Source: Candidatus Uhrbacteria bacterium | GTDB taxonomy: Bacteria > Patescibacteriota > Patescibacteriia > UBA9934 > GWF2-40-263 | Reading direction: 5' to 3' | DNA: 64,000 nt | Assembly (NCBI GenBank): GCA_026395055.1 | Contig: JAPLZK010000002.1 | Coordinates: forward strand, 56,940 to 120,939 | Shown here: positions 35,672-43,260 of the stretch, piece by piece | How the letters are laid out: each line of letters opens with the position of its first letter | Position numbering within the stretch: position 1 is the first letter of the stretch | The notes under the pieces: generated by a model | Databases searched by the model: none | Told to the model about the DNA's origin: nothing | What the model saw: the letters and a program-made list of their open reading frames with translations, nothing else | Translations under genes and position numbers: made by a program

Positions 35672-35734
35672 CTTTCTCATGAACATTCATCGCGTTGATA
35701 ATCGTTCGTGTAAAAGGGCGATCACGTGATCGCC
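35672..35734 (-). promoter_or_regulatory. Island junction unit, V type
   Basis: Nearly identical to 34560-34622, including the leader and RBS. Confidence 0.8.
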
Positions 35735-35741
35735 GAGGATG

Positions 35742-36725
35742 TTAGACCGGGAGGTCTGGAATGAGCGCGGTTGGTTTGCGGCCAAGGTTTGGGCCGCCGA
35801 AGTCAAGGACGCGCGGCCACTTTTCATAGTCTTGTCGTACGGCGCGTGCTCGCTCTTTGCTTGCGGCAATGAGGTAGCGATTTTCTTCGCCATAGACACA
35901 GACGGAGGAAATGCCGCCTGCGAATCCGCCGATCTGTTTTTGCACAACCATCTCAGGAAACTGAGCGATCACGAGTCCTGTTGTTGTTCCGACCGCGAAT
36001 GTTTTGTCATCTACTTTTGTTAGACAAAGAACGGGCTGTTCAAGTTTCAGGAATGGAGCGTCTTTTACAGAACGCACAGATCCGTCTTCGCATCCGGTGA
36101 GAAGTGTTTCTCCCATCCAGAGAAGACTGTTCACTTGTGCTTCTTCTTTTCGTTCACGTGCATCGCGAACAAGTCGTCGTTGCAGAGCTTGTTCGTAGTC
36201 TGTGGCGTCGTAGACCATGATTCCGTTTTTCACAGAGCTTGCAGCAAGATGTGTGCCGTCTTCATTGAATACAAGCATGTTGCAATCACACTTTTGATCT
36301 CCAAGATCGACATTTGCTTCGTTGCGTACATGTATGACGTTGTTGTACATGCTTGCAATGAGATTTTTTGCGGAAACAGCCGCGCTTGGAATAGCCGTGT
36401 CTTGTGGAGAAAAGACTCGAGCGCTTTTCCATGCTTGTGTCGGGTCGTCCGGTCGTGGCCAGGATAGGGTTGATGCTCCATCACTTGTGATGAGACGATC
36501 ACCTTTTTTGTTCCAGGCAACGGTATGAACATCACTTTGATGACCATCCAGAATTTTGACGACTTCACCCGTTTCCGGATTCCAAATATGGACTCGTGGA
36601 TCTCCACGATTACCCGCGCCGGCAATCAGCTTTTGATCAGGCGACAGCGCAAGTTGCCACACGTCGTGGTTGTGTCCACCAAGGACGCGCGCAATTTTCG
36701 GATCTGGGATCTCTTGGTCTGCCAT
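35742..36725 (-). CDS. WD40 repeat beta-propeller paralog 3 (327 aa)
   Basis: Canonical WD signatures (GGHNHDVWQLALSPDQKLIAGAG...VHIWN, LDGHQSDVHTVAWN). Tail VLDFGGPNLGRKPTALIPDLPV. Confidence 0.75.
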   Translation of the reverse strand: MADQEIPDPKIARVLGGHNHDVWQLALSPDQKLIAGAGNRGDPRVHIWNPETGEVVKILDGHQSDVHTVAWNKKGDRLITSDGASTLSWPRPDDPTQAWKSARVFSPQDTAIPSAAVSAKNLIASMYNNVIHVRNEANVDLGDQKCDCNMLVFNEDGTHLAASSVKNGIMVYDATDYEQALQRRLVRDARERKEEAQVNSLLWMGETLLTGCEDGSVRSVKDAPFLKLEQPVLCLTKVDDKTFAVGTTTGLVIAQFPEMVVQKQIGGFAGGISSVCVYGEENRYLIAASKERARAVRQDYEKWPRVLDFGGPNLGRKPTALIPDLPV

Positions 36726-36750
36726 GAAGCACCTCTATTGAAAGAAAGAA

Positions 36751-36812
36751 ACTTTCTCACGAACGTTCATCACTCGATGACGATTCGTGTAAAAGGGCGA
36801 TCACGTGATCGC
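36751..36812 (-). promoter_or_regulatory. Island junction unit, V type
   Basis: GGCGATCACGTGATCGCC, CTTTTACA, CGAATCGTCATC-gagt-GATGAACGTTCG, TGAGAAAG. Confidence 0.8.
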
Positions 36813-36820
36813 CAAGCGTG

Positions 36821-37900
36821 CTAGACCGGAAGTTCTCCAATGAGCGGAATGGGCATACGACCAAGGTTTGGATTTCCAAAGTCGTAGATAGCGGGAGAGA
36901 ATTTCATATAACCCGTATCGTCTTGCGTGTGCGAGTCGCTCGTAATCATGAAGCGACCATTTCCGTACAGGAGAATGGAACGCAGATCCTGAAACCCTTT
37001 GAGGGAGTAGAGGATTTTCATGTCCGGCAGTCGCACAATCCGCAGTTCGTCCTTCCCGTTTTTTCGAATACTCAGGATGAGTGTCTGTGCATCCACAAGA
37101 CAAAATGTGTTGAGATGATCAATGTCTGTGCGTGCGTCATAGAGGTTGTTTGCGATATTCGAATGAATACCAATCTTCCCTCCATCCGATGCAGAAACAA
37201 GGACGTCCTCGGTGAGCCAATCAATTTCTTCGATCGGTCCATTATCTGTTTTGAAAGCGGGGCCGGCCTGTTCCAGTTCGCTTTCAGAAGCAGAGAGGAT
37301 GCACAACTTTGCCCCTATGCTTACAGCAAGTTTGTTGCCATTCGGAGAAAAGGTAAGGAGTCGGATTCCTCCATCGTATTTTTTTCGATGAAGGAGTTTT
37401 GGTCGCGAACCCTTTGTAAGGCGGAAGATCCAGATGTGGTTATTTTGGGCTGCAGCAAGAAAGCCTGATGAAGAAACAGCGACGGTCGTAAACTTATTTG
37501 TCGATGTGCCGCCGTATCCATTGTGTTCAGACGTCGTGTTTTGGACTCGTTTTATTACCCATTCTCCACGACCAGGTTTTTGCCAAAACCATCTGGACTC
37601 TTGCCAAGAAATAACATCTCCGGAAAGGTCTGCAAGAAAAACGGTCTGTCCATGTGTGGACCAAGCGATTCCATCTTTTGCAACAGACGCTGATCGCTCT
37701 TCGTTTTTGTGCAGATCCAATCGTCGCAGAATAGTGCCCGTTGCAACATCCCACATGTGAACTTCTTCATCTTCTCCTGCGCCAATCAGACGTTGTTCGT
37801 CCGGAGAGAGGGCAAGGTGATTGAGAACAGTCGTTCTGCCTTCAAGTCGACGGATCAGTTTTGGTGCGGGGATTTTGATGTCTTCGGTGACGGGTTCCAT
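36821..37900 (-). CDS. WD40-like beta-propeller paralog 4 (359 aa)
   Basis: LNHLALSPDEQRLIGAGEDEEVHMWD. Tail IYDFGNPNLGRMPIPLIGELPV. Start at MEPVTEDI after the aagagg RBS. Confidence 0.7.
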   Translation of the reverse strand: MEPVTEDIKIPAPKLIRRLEGRTTVLNHLALSPDEQRLIGAGEDEEVHMWDVATGTILRRLDLHKNEERSASVAKDGIAWSTHGQTVFLADLSGDVISWQESRWFWQKPGRGEWVIKRVQNTTSEHNGYGGTSTNKFTTVAVSSSGFLAAAQNNHIWIFRLTKGSRPKLLHRKKYDGGIRLLTFSPNGNKLAVSIGAKLCILSASESELEQAGPAFKTDNGPIEEIDWLTEDVLVSASDGGKIGIHSNIANNLYDARTDIDHLNTFCLVDAQTLILSIRKNGKDELRIVRLPDMKILYSLKGFQDLRSILLYGNGRFMITSDSHTQDDTGYMKFSPAIYDFGNPNLGRMPIPLIGELPV

Positions 37901-37930
37901 GCGTAAGACCTCTTGGGTGAAAGGAACGGA

Positions 37931-37993
37931 CTTTCTCATGAACGTTCATCGCGCTGATGATCGTTCGTGTAAAAGGGCGATCACGTGATCGCC
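37931..37993 (-). promoter_or_regulatory. Island junction unit, V type
   Basis: GGCGATCACGTGATCGCC, CTTTTACA, CGAACGATCATC-agcgc-GATGAACGTTCA, TGAGAAAG. Confidence 0.8.
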
Positions 37994-38006
37994 GAGAGGA
38001 AGGAAC

Positions 38007-40721
38007 TTATGCTTCACCAACATTACGGTCGATGAGAGCGGGATTGATTTCTGGAATAGGATCGGAACCTGCCGGCAAACCACGGAGCATGCGAAGCGCA
38101 CGCTCGATTTCATCCTTCACATTTTCTGGGAGAAAAAGTTTGGACGAGCAGTTTTGAATGGCAAGCAGGGTCATGCGTGCAATCTCTACCACAGATGCGG
38201 AAGGAAGATAATCTTCGATCGCACCCGTGAGAGCTTTTTCATTGATGTTTCCACCGCCGAATTGGTCTGCACGGCGAACCAAGACTTCAATGTCCGCACC
38301 GGTCAGTCCGTCCGTCTTTTCCGCAAACGTTCCGAAGTCGGTCAGAGGAGACTCGAATCCGTAACGCTTGATCATGACGGGGAACAGTCGGGTGCGTGTT
38401 TCCTGGTCTGGCATCAGAATCGGGATGCGATCGTCGGTTCGGCCCGCGCGCTTGAGGGCGCCGTCGAGCAGATCCGGACGATTAGTTGCACTCACGACAA
38501 AGATGCGTCCGCGGATGGTTGGATCCGAAAGGAACTGCATCATCGCCTGACGAACGCGATTGCTCACGCCCGAGTCGCCTTGATATCCATCGCGTCCATT
38601 GTCTTCTTGATCCACTTCGTCACGAAACCAGACGAGTGGTGCAAGCGCACGCAGGGCGATGAACAATTGTTCCATCTTTTGTTCCGTCTCTCCGACCCAC
38701 TTGGAACGGATCGGACGGGTTTTCACAAGGAGCACACCCGCTTCATGTGCAAGTGCGGTTGCAAGCGCGCTTTTGCCCGTCCCCGGAGGTCCCATCAAAA
38801 GGCAACCCATCGGGACACGACGTGCGTCTCCTGCGAGCATGGCGTCGCGCACGCGGATGAAATATTCTTTCACGCCATCGAGTCCGGCAACACCATCGAA
38901 TCCATACGGAGGCCGCTCGATCTCAAGGAGGTCGCCGTATGTTTTGGTGAGAAGAGCGATGCGACGTGATGTGACTTCCACGGCCGACAGGTCTTGTGTG
39001 TTCGCGCTCGCTTCCCGAAAGAGGGTTGTGAGATCGCGATACCCAAGGTTCCCTGTGAGTTGCGTCAGTGACCGAATGCCGATGGTTGGTGTGGGGAACG
39101 GATTGCGCGCGGTCATGTTTTGCATCATGACACGAATGCTTTCCGCTTCTTTTTCCAACTGCTTGATGTCTGGTGTGGATGGATGATCGTGAGAGGCTTG
39201 TAGATCTTGTTTGGTGCTCTCGCAAGCTTTCTTGTATTTGTTGATTTCCGCACACACCGCTTGTGTTTGCTTTTTGATCTGTTCTTGGAGCGCATCCATT
39301 TCCGCTTGGATTTGTTGCACCACCGTATTTTTGTTCTGCTGAATGCCATCAAACCGCTTGCGAGATTCCGCAAGGGTCGTTTCAAGTCGACTCCGTTCGC
39401 CACGCTGAAGCGTGTATTCGAATTGTGTGTCGAGCATGATCCGTTTTGGGGAATCACTTTTGTGCAGACGACAGACGAGTCCGCCGCTCGCAGACCAGTT
39501 GAAGTACACCGGAAGACCTTGTGCATTCAACCACGGATTATCATCCGTGAGCTTTGTCAGACGAACATCTCCGTCCGCATCTGCATCACTCATGACACGC
39601 GTTGTCTGAATTTTTCCATCCGTTGGACTTCTGAGCGTGATCAAATCATTTGTCAGAAGGGTTTGCCAACGCGAGGAGTTCAGAAATTGCGGTTGCAGTT
39701 CCGGATCTTCACGCAATCGATGTTCGAGTTGCGAGATCTGTGTTCGCAAGGACGTGATTTCTTGCTCGAGCGCGGACGCACCACTTGCAAGGTGTGCGGT
39801 CATGCGTGCTTGCGCACTTTCGAGGGATTTCTGTCGCGCTTGGATATCAACGCTTTCTTGAACAAGCGCGGCTCCTTGTCGATTGAGTTCGGCAAGTTGT
39901 TCGTCTTGGAGAAGAATTTGTTGATGGATCCGTTGCTGTTCTGCCTGACGCAAAACGTTCAGACGTGCTTCGAGTCTATTGAGTTCTTCTTGCTTCATGC
40001 TCGTCTCATCTGTGAGAGATGAAATGAAACGCAGACGCTCTTCTTCATCGGGTGGCATGATCGTGATGGGCACGATCGGACTTTCCGGACGACGAAGTCG
40101 TTCGGGAAGCGCACTCAACGTTCGAGCACTCATGAGCATCAGATGTCCTGCACGTGCGAAACGATCATTTTCTGCGATGCGCATGACAAGCAGGGCAATG
40201 CGTTCCGTCGCGCGGTCCGTTCCACCGAGGGCACCTGAGCACACGGCGTCAAAGTCCGGCATGATCGCAATGCATCGTCCGACTTTTGCTTTCTTGTCCG
40301 ACGCAACCGATGTTGCCTGGTCAAAAACTTTGTGCATGAGACCAAGGGCTTCCAGTGGTTCTGTCGGAAGAGGCATTTCTGATTGAAGGGCTAGCGCGGC
40401 TTTTTCTGCAGGAGTCAACGCTCCTGCTGGAGGAGCTTCTCCATTTGCGAGCGCGCGAAAGCGCTGTTCCATGGAAGGTTTTTTCTCATCCGTGGATTTC
40501 GGGAACCGAAACCCAAGAGCGGGATCAAAGAACCACAGAATATCGATTTCTTGCACGTGCAAGCGTCGTGAAAGGGCTTTGTGCCACGTATCCAGTCGAT
40601 CAACCGGATCTGTTTCTGCGCTCCGTTCGAGCAAAGGAAATCCATCACTCACGGAACCAGTGAACAAAAACGCGCGAGTACCTTCTTTGAGCCGTTTTTC
40701 AAATTCTTGAATCCAACGCAT
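38007..40721 (-). CDS. Large AAA+ ATPase (904 aa): degenerate N-domain, long coiled coil, C-terminal classic AAA module
   Basis: Walker A LLMGPPGTGKSALA, Walker B VWFRDEVDQ, SATNRPDLLDGALKRAGRTD (second region of homology). About 250 aa of heptad-rich sequence in the middle. Start at MRWIQEF after AGGAGG. Confidence 0.8.
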   Translation of the reverse strand: MRWIQEFEKRLKEGTRAFLFTGSVSDGFPLLERSAETDPVDRLDTWHKALSRRLHVQEIDILWFFDPALGFRFPKSTDEKKPSMEQRFRALANGEAPPAGALTPAEKAALALQSEMPLPTEPLEALGLMHKVFDQATSVASDKKAKVGRCIAIMPDFDAVCSGALGGTDRATERIALLVMRIAENDRFARAGHLMLMSARTLSALPERLRRPESPIVPITIMPPDEEERLRFISSLTDETSMKQEELNRLEARLNVLRQAEQQRIHQQILLQDEQLAELNRQGAALVQESVDIQARQKSLESAQARMTAHLASGASALEQEITSLRTQISQLEHRLREDPELQPQFLNSSRWQTLLTNDLITLRSPTDGKIQTTRVMSDADADGDVRLTKLTDDNPWLNAQGLPVYFNWSASGGLVCRLHKSDSPKRIMLDTQFEYTLQRGERSRLETTLAESRKRFDGIQQNKNTVVQQIQAEMDALQEQIKKQTQAVCAEINKYKKACESTKQDLQASHDHPSTPDIKQLEKEAESIRVMMQNMTARNPFPTPTIGIRSLTQLTGNLGYRDLTTLFREASANTQDLSAVEVTSRRIALLTKTYGDLLEIERPPYGFDGVAGLDGVKEYFIRVRDAMLAGDARRVPMGCLLMGPPGTGKSALATALAHEAGVLLVKTRPIRSKWVGETEQKMEQLFIALRALAPLVWFRDEVDQEDNGRDGYQGDSGVSNRVRQAMMQFLSDPTIRGRIFVVSATNRPDLLDGALKRAGRTDDRIPILMPDQETRTRLFPVMIKRYGFESPLTDFGTFAEKTDGLTGADIEVLVRRADQFGGGNINEKALTGAIEDYLPSASVVEIARMTLLAIQNCSSKLFLPENVKDEIERALRMLRGLPAGSDPIPEINPALIDRNVGEA

Positions 40722-40745
40722 CAGACACCTCCTGTAAGGAACAAA

Positions 40746-40807
40746 CTTTCTCATGAGCATTCATCACTCGATGATCGCTCGTGTAAAAGGGCGATCATGT
40801 GATCGCC
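40746..40807 (-). promoter_or_regulatory. Island junction unit, V type (palindrome variant CATG)
   Basis: GGCGATCACATGATCGCC, CTTTTACA, CGAGCGATCATC-gagt-GATGAATGCTCA, TGAGAAAG, then AGGAGG. Confidence 0.8.
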
Positions 40808-40814
40808 AAGAAGA

Positions 40815-41414
40815 CTAGAGACTTTTGGCGAGCAAGAGGATTGCTTCGCCGAGTTCGTAGGGCATGATGCCAACGATTTGTGTGCCGGTTTTATCAAACG
40901 TGATCGAGACCTTGGCGGTTTTGAGATCCACTTCCGAATAGCGATCCGTTAGACGGTGAATGACCTGATTCGATGATCCTCGCAGAGGAAGACCAAGCTT
41001 CACAAGGCGTGTTGCAAATGGCCCGTCGATGAGAACGTCGAGTTGATCAAGCAGGTTGCGTGCGCCGTTTGGTGCGCGCAGAGACTCGATGTGCCGACGT
41101 GTATAGCCGGACCACGACAACGTCGAGAGTCCGAGTGCTCGCGCTTCTTTTGCAATGTGCGCGAGCGCGAGCGCTTGCTCGAACGGTTCACCACCAGAAA
41201 AACTGATGCCCTCAATTCCATGTTCCTCTTTTGCCAGACGTACCTGCGTAAGAATGTCTTGCACACGTGATGGCTGGAGGGGAAGAGATGAAATGAGTTC
41301 TGGTGTGCCGCACCCTTTGCAATTGATGGAGCACCCGCGTACCCAGAGACACGCGCGCTTGCCCGGTCCCATGGATTCTGTGCATGGATCAAACACACCG
41401 ACGTTGACGTTCAT
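40815..41414 (-). CDS. Small radical-SAM activase of the NrdG/PflA-activating-enzyme type (199 aa)
   Basis: GPGKRACLWVRGCSINCKGCGTPE (CX3CX2C right after the GPG motif). GISFSGGEPF SAM-binding motif. Confidence 0.7.
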   Translation of the reverse strand: MNVNVGVFDPCTESMGPGKRACLWVRGCSINCKGCGTPELISSLPLQPSRVQDILTQVRLAKEEHGIEGISFSGGEPFEQALALAHIAKEARALGLSTLSWSGYTRRHIESLRAPNGARNLLDQLDVLIDGPFATRLVKLGLPLRGSSNQVIHRLTDRYSEVDLKTAKVSITFDKTGTQIVGIMPYELGEAILLLAKSL

Positions 41415-41416
41415 GC

Positions 41417-41632
41417 TTACGATCCAGTCTTCAGCTTGTCGCGCGTTGCTTCCGGAATGGGTTGGGCAGGCGCGCGAGGTGCTTCTGAAATTTCGAGTGG
41501 TGCTGCCCCAAGGAGTGACAACACGGCAAGCATCTTGTCGTGTGCGGAATCGCATTCACGAGCGGGAGCTTCAATGTCGACTTTCAGTTTGCCGTCCTTT
41601 GTGCGAACGATCTTTACGAGTGAGCGACTCAT
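41417..41632 (-). CDS. DUF2997-like small protein (71 aa)
   Basis: VKIVRTKDGKLKVDIEAPARECDSAHDKMLAVLSLLG matches my recollection of the DUF2997 pattern (I..DG.v.v...G..C......LG). 4-nt overlap upstream and a 2-nt gap downstream. Confidence 0.45.
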   Translation of the reverse strand: MSRSLVKIVRTKDGKLKVDIEAPARECDSAHDKMLAVLSLLGAAPLEISEAPRAPAQPIPEATRDKLKTGS

Positions 41633-42150
41633 TGCAGCACCTCGTCGATGACAAAGTTGACGACCGTCGTTCCTGCATCGTCGGTTTTGCAATTCACATT
41701 TTTCCCGACAACCTGCGCCATGGTTTCAAGAGAGCGAATTTGACGCCGCTCTTCGAAATACGCCTTCCATTGCTTTTGACGTTCGGACAATCCGCTTTCG
41801 CCATGCTCGAATCGTGTGGAGACGAAACTAAGCTTTCCTTTGTTGTTCACAACGCCAAACCGTTCTACGTCTGTCGCAAGAACCCCCAGGACTTCTCCCT
41901 TCGGTTTTTCGATCGGACTGCCATATTGGTTGTTTTGCACTTCAAAGGTTTTCGTCAGCTGCATGTTGAAATGTGCTGCCGTGTCGTCCAAGGCCTTTTT
42001 TGCAATGTCCGCGCGGATCTCGGCCCAGTCAATCTTCTTGAGCTGATTCGCGAGTGCTCGGTTCTTGGCGGCAATTTTCTCGATTGCCTCATTGATATCT
42101 TGGCCTTGTTCCAAAGCCTCTTGCCTTGCGGCAATCCAGTGACGTGACAT
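41629..42150 (-). CDS. DUF1257-like protein with helical N-terminal extension (173 aa)
   Basis: The C-terminal ~100 aa (HFNMQLTKTF...ERFGVVNNKGKLSFVSTRF...VGKNVNCKTDDAGTTVVNFV) resemble the Ycf35/DUF1257 layout, from memory. RBS gaagagg. Confidence 0.4.
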   Translation of the reverse strand: MSRHWIAARQEALEQGQDINEAIEKIAAKNRALANQLKKIDWAEIRADIAKKALDDTAAHFNMQLTKTFEVQNNQYGSPIEKPKGEVLGVLATDVERFGVVNNKGKLSFVSTRFEHGESGLSERQKQWKAYFEERRQIRSLETMAQVVGKNVNCKTDDAGTTVVNFVIDEVLQ

Positions 42151-42242
42151 GGGTACCTCTTCCAAAGGGGGAAATTTCCTCTGGTTTCTGCCGCTTTTTT
42201 GCAAACGCGGAAGGAATCAATGGAAATGGAATTCGATCGGAA

Positions 42243-42271
42243 ACATTAGGGAAAAATGATGAGTTTGTCAA
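42243..42271 (-). promoter_or_regulatory. Sigma70-like promoter of the eight-gene operon
   Basis: Minus-sense TTGACA, 17-nt spacer, TAATGT. Confidence 0.6.
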
Positions 42272-42292
42272 GGAAATGTGTCGTGCTAGAAT
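42265..42292 (+). promoter_or_regulatory. gpsA promoter, -35 overlapping the divergent promoter
   Basis: TTGTCA, 16-nt spacer, TAGAAT. The ATG follows only 9 nt after the -10. Confidence 0.55.
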
Positions 42293-42301
42293 ACGTCCAT
42301 T

Positions 42302-43204
42302 ATGAAACATCAAACACACGTCTCGTTTATTGGTGCGGGGGAGATCGGTTCTGCTCTTGTGACACTTGTTTCACGCTCGGGGGCTCACATCGAACAGTGG
42401 GATGTTGATGCGTCAAAAGTCCCAAATCAAAAATCTCTGAGCGAGGTCGTATCAACCGCGGACATTTTATTTTTCTGTGTTCCGTCCTGGATTTTGCGCG
42501 TAGCTGTGAAACCAATTTTGCCGCATTTAAACAAGAAAACACTTTGTGTGTTCGTATCGAAAGGGATTGAGACAAAAACAAACCTTTGCATCGATGGTCT
42601 CGCAAAAGACATTTTGCCGAAGGGGCAACCAATCGTTCTTCTCTCTGGCCCCATGCTCGCAGAAGAATTGATCGACGGGCACGGAGGTGCCGCGTGCGTG
42701 GGAACAAAGTCTCTCGCAGATTTTAAAAAGATCGATCAGATTTTCACCGAAGAAGATTTGCACCTGACATTTGCTCCGGACGTGAAAAGCGTTGCGATCG
42801 CCGGCGTGTTGAAAAACGTTTATGCCATTGCGCTTGGCATTGCGATTGGTCTCAAGTGGGGGGATAATCGAAAAGGATGGTTGATTGCGCAGTCTGTACA
42901 AGAAATGATTGAGATCACAAAACGTTTGAAAGCAGATCCGTCGTACATTTTAAGTCAGGCAGGTCTTGGAGATTTTATGGCAACGGGAATGAGCACGTAT
43001 TCTTCAAACCATTCACTTGGCAGAGAGCTTGCAGAATCTTCTACACACATGCGTAAGAGTGAAGGATCACAAACAATCCCGACGCTCGTGAAAATGATCG
43101 GATTAAAAACGATGAAGACGCTCCCCATTCTTTCCGTTCTTCATACACTCTTGGAAAAAGAAGGGGATACAAAAGATCTTTTTGAAAAATTATTTCACGC
43201 TTAG
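42302..43204 (+). CDS. gpsA: NAD(P)H-dependent glycerol-3-phosphate dehydrogenase
   Basis: VSFIGAGEIGSAL Rossmann motif. NVYAIALGIAIGLKWGDNRKGWLIAQSVQEM matches the GpsA signature region. Confidence 0.7.
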   Translation: MKHQTHVSFIGAGEIGSALVTLVSRSGAHIEQWDVDASKVPNQKSLSEVVSTADILFFCVPSWILRVAVKPILPHLNKKTLCVFVSKGIETKTNLCIDGLAKDILPKGQPIVLLSGPMLAEELIDGHGGAACVGTKSLADFKKIDQIFTEEDLHLTFAPDVKSVAIAGVLKNVYAIALGIAIGLKWGDNRKGWLIAQSVQEMIEITKRLKADPSYILSQAGLGDFMATGMSTYSSNHSLGRELAESSTHMRKSEGSQTIPTLVKMIGLKTMKTLPILSVLHTLLEKEGDTKDLFEKLFHA

Positions 43205-43260
43205 GAACGGAACACACGATTGACACATCGTGTGTTTTTTTCTATTCTGGGCTTATCTTT

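Noticed and set aside
20795-42300. Prophage or integrative element interpretation of the GC-rich region around tRNA-Glu
   Set aside because: No integrase, recombinase, terminase, portal, capsid or tail gene is recognisable, and no direct repeat of the tRNA 3' end was found. Kept only as a compositional observation.
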